A stretch of DNA of 63,276 nt, counting the filler, from Corallochytrium limacisporum Hawaii (taxonomy: Eukaryota > Protista > Pluriformea), in assembly GCA_002811645.1 (NCBI GenBank). It is 5 parts of 5 records of this genome, joined end to end, with 100 filler letters (N's around TTAATTAATTAA, not from the genome) between each part and the next. Parts side by side here need not be neighbours in the genome. Positions count along the whole stretch, not along the records: positions 60,781 to 63,276 come from PDIP01000286.1; 4 more parts are not named here. The stretch is one strand, 5' to 3'. A model generated the notes under the pieces. That model was not told the origin of the DNA. It saw only the letters and a program-made list of their open reading frames with translations, and made no database searches. Below, piece after piece: positions 60,812-63,276 of the stretch (the stretch's first letter is position 1; the number at the start of each line of letters is the position of its first letter). Made by a program: the position numbers and the translations under genes.

Positions 60812-62254
60812 CTAGATCGGGCAAAGAAGGTCCGCGCTGTTGGGTGTGACGTGAAAGACTCTGAAACTGCTTGCGTCTTCAACAATGTCATGGATGGAGT
60901 AGTATGTGGCAAAACCTGCGAAGATAACAAGCACGGCAACGACGAAGCCAAATGTGACCTTCCAACGTAAGGTCAAAGAGTTACGGTTTATCGCCCAGTA
61001 GATAACCATGGGTCCAACCATGGTTTGGACTGTCAAAGCCAAACCAACTACAGCCTCTTCGAGAGAGCCGAAGAAGGGAATAAGGACAGCAACGAACAGA
61101 ATACTGGCCCAGACGATTGTGCGCAGCACGATACGTCCCAATCCATAACGATTGCGGTAGAACCAGTTGCCATCCGTTTCATTTTTGGCTGATCCATACA
61201 AGCGCTCCTCATGGGCAACATTTACAGGTAGCTTGTCAATTTCAGCCTCGAGTTTACTGCCACCTTGTTCTACCTTGCTTGGTTCCACCACAGCGACGTC
61301 ATTTTCTACGTCTGCTGATCGCGCTGTGTCAACGGCACCTGAGTCGGATACTGCCTGTGTGTAGCTGATCTCGATCTTCAGAAGGAAGCCTTCCAAGGTG
61401 ATAACAAACGGGTTCAATAATAGCGGTCCAGCAACAAGCATGTGACCAGCAATCAAAAGATTGGCAATATACCAGGGAATGTTGCGATCATATTTGGTAA
61501 GAATGTTGGAAGGAATTTCACAGCCATAGGCTGCATGATTGATGGCACCAACCATAGTATAGATCATCAACAAAGTTACGATTACCAAGAAGATTGGGTA
61601 GTGCATGTTCTTTGGGTATTTCATGTTGCGACGCGTGTTAGGAATCAACACAGCAAAAGTGTAAGCAAAAATGAATGTAGAGACTGCATCAATGCCCATG
61701 GACAGACTCATATTCTCTGGGGTGTCGAATTCGATGGGGTCGCCAATATCTTGGCCAGCCTCTATCAGGATCACAATGGCGACACCAAAGGAACACATGG
61801 CACCAAAGACCAACATAAAGGCCATGTCTTTCACTTCCGGGAGCATGCCAATCGGCCACATGGCAATGACCGTAATCACGACCCAGATGATATAATCAAG
61901 GTCCGTGACGTTGGCGAATACAGCCTGGAATGAAGATGCAGCGATGACAACATAAATGATGGTCACACACCATGTGTTGAAAAGCAAGGATAATTGAAGT
62001 ACAAACATACCAATTGGTCCAAGGTGTTCCTCTGCCAAACCAACATATGTGAAAGACTTTGATACTTTCAGAGCCTCATTCAGATACAGTGCTCCGATGA
62101 GCATCAGGACAGTCACAATGAAGATGACCGCAAAAGTCCACCAACCAAGCGTGGCAAACCCATACGGAATAGACAGGATTCCGGCACCAATGGATGTTGT
62201 GACAAGGGTGAACGTAGCCTTGAGTACGTCCAATGTTTCGTCTGTTGAGAGCAT
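60812..62254 (-). CDS. Amino acid/auxin permease (AAAP, Aa_trans) family transporter
   Basis: IGAGILSIPYGFATLGW, MKYPK and about 11 hydrophobic segments. Confidence 0.92.
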   Translation of the reverse strand: MLSTDETLDVLKATFTLVTTSIGAGILSIPYGFATLGWWTFAVIFIVTVLMLIGALYLNEALKVSKSFTYVGLAEEHLGPIGMFVLQLSLLFNTWCVTIIYVVIAASSFQAVFANVTDLDYIIWVVITVIAMWPIGMLPEVKDMAFMLVFGAMCSFGVAIVILIEAGQDIGDPIEFDTPENMSLSMGIDAVSTFIFAYTFAVLIPNTRRNMKYPKNMHYPIFLVIVTLLMIYTMVGAINHAAYGCEIPSNILTKYDRNIPWYIANLLIAGHMLVAGPLLLNPFVITLEGFLLKIEISYTQAVSDSGAVDTARSADVENDVAVVEPSKVEQGGSKLEAEIDKLPVNVAHEERLYGSAKNETDGNWFYRNRYGLGRIVLRTIVWASILFVAVLIPFFGSLEEAVVGLALTVQTMVGPMVIYWAINRNSLTLRWKVTFGFVVAVLVIFAGFATYYSIHDIVEDASSFRVFHVTPNSADLLCPI

Positions 62255-62494
62255 GATAGGCGCTACCGGTGTGACGATACAGATATCAGCAATAGAGTGG
62301 CGTTCTTTGATGTCCTAAACTGGTTCGAGCAGATGCAGGAATCAAGAGTTCATAGAGATCTTGTGAATACCAGCTGATATTCTCGGAACAAAGTTTCGGT
62401 TCTGAACGATCACGTTTGTTTACTTACTATGATACGGACTGATGAAACGTAAACCTGATGGGAACCAAATACCTGATCGTAGTGCCGCCCAAGC

Positions 62495-63185
62495 ACACCA
62501 GCCCACCGCACCTCGGACACTCGTCCTCCGGGCTTCCACATCAAACGTTGGGTAATGGTACCGCTGTAGCGTTCCCCGGGCATTTCGGTATAAGAACCAC
62601 AGGCTTAGAAACCCTTGGGTATTTGCCCAGGGTTTCTTTGAATTCGATTCATTAATGTCGATGCGGGGAATAGTCTGCAGCTGTGGCTAAAAATCCCGAC
62701 CTTCGTCAGACCGAACTTCCCATCCTCTATCCTTTGACCGAATTGCAGACCAGAGAGCTCAAGGGCCATCAGCACGTCCATGAATAGATTGTACATCAGT
62801 CTGCACGAACTGTTGCATTCGTTCAGTTCTATTTGGATGTGGCAAGGGCAACTCTTCGAGAATCACATCACTTAGCAGAACATACACAGCAGAGGAGTTC
62901 GGCACCCTACGCAAGGGCTGAGTGACCCAGGTCCTCTGAGATGTATCATGCATTAATATGAAATGAATAATCCCAATGAATTTTCGTAGTTTGAGTTTAG
63001 CTTAACAACATTTATAGGAATTCTTAGGGGAATCCAGGGCTGGTGTCATGATTACCAGCAGTTTTGAACCCGGGTCATGGATCAGGCTCGATGACGGCAC
63101 GGTTGCATCTATTGTCCGGAGGACGAGTCTCCGAGGTGCGCTGGGCTGGTGTCATGGGCAAGGGCTGAGTGACCCAGGTCCTCTG
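62495..63185. repeat. Cluster of inverted and direct repeats
   Basis: 37-nt inverted repeat 62495-62531/63116-63152 (35/37 identical), 28-nt direct repeat 62911-62938/63158-63185, 14-nt direct repeat 63037-63050/63143-63156. Confidence 0.85.
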
Positions 63186-63276
63186 GTATGCTAATGCTCT
63201 GTATGCCAACCAAACTTTTGAATATCTCGCTACTCGAGTTTGGGATGTACAGACAGTTGACATACTGACGGATCCT

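Noticed and set aside
1-63276. CRISPR arrays, operons or other prokaryotic defence systems; alternative genetic code
   Set aside because: No regularly spaced repeats were seen, the genes are eukaryotic, and conserved ORFs end normally at TAA, TAG and TGA.

Overview
Gene-dense eukaryotic nuclear scaffold with four 100-nt assembly gaps, each containing a TTAATTAATTAA linker. It holds about 27 recognisable protein genes (SEC13, symplekin, TTI2, panE-like, CENP-W-like, COA6, ZNRD2-like, NOA1, CCDC61, DDX56, ChaC, MAD2, REXO1, F-box/WD, ALG11, TMCO1, ALDH9, USP30-like, WDR59, NMD3, La, uS4m, PCID2, TTC21B/IFT139, DGAT2, an amino-acid permease, an Ole1-type cytochrome b5). All these CDSs are intron-free except ChaC, which has one 90-nt intron. 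Gene content and intron poverty suggest a unicellular opisthokont, plausibly a holozoan such as Corallochytrium; this is inference and cannot be proven here. The non-coding DNA is the most interesting part. (1) A tRNA-Ser(AGA) has C1:C72 and U2:G71 acceptor-stem defects and lies just downstream of an unidentified, strongly folded ~200-nt RNA candidate. (2) Three further gene-free structured loci occur, one with spliced-leader/mirtron-like architecture. (3) Short introns recur in 5' UTRs. (4) Promoters show C-run to G-run strand-switching skew. (5) Ends of a TA-flanked Tc1/mariner-like element sit at three of the four gaps. (6) Two genes appear recently disrupted. All identifications and RNA folds were made by eye, without database searches or folding software.
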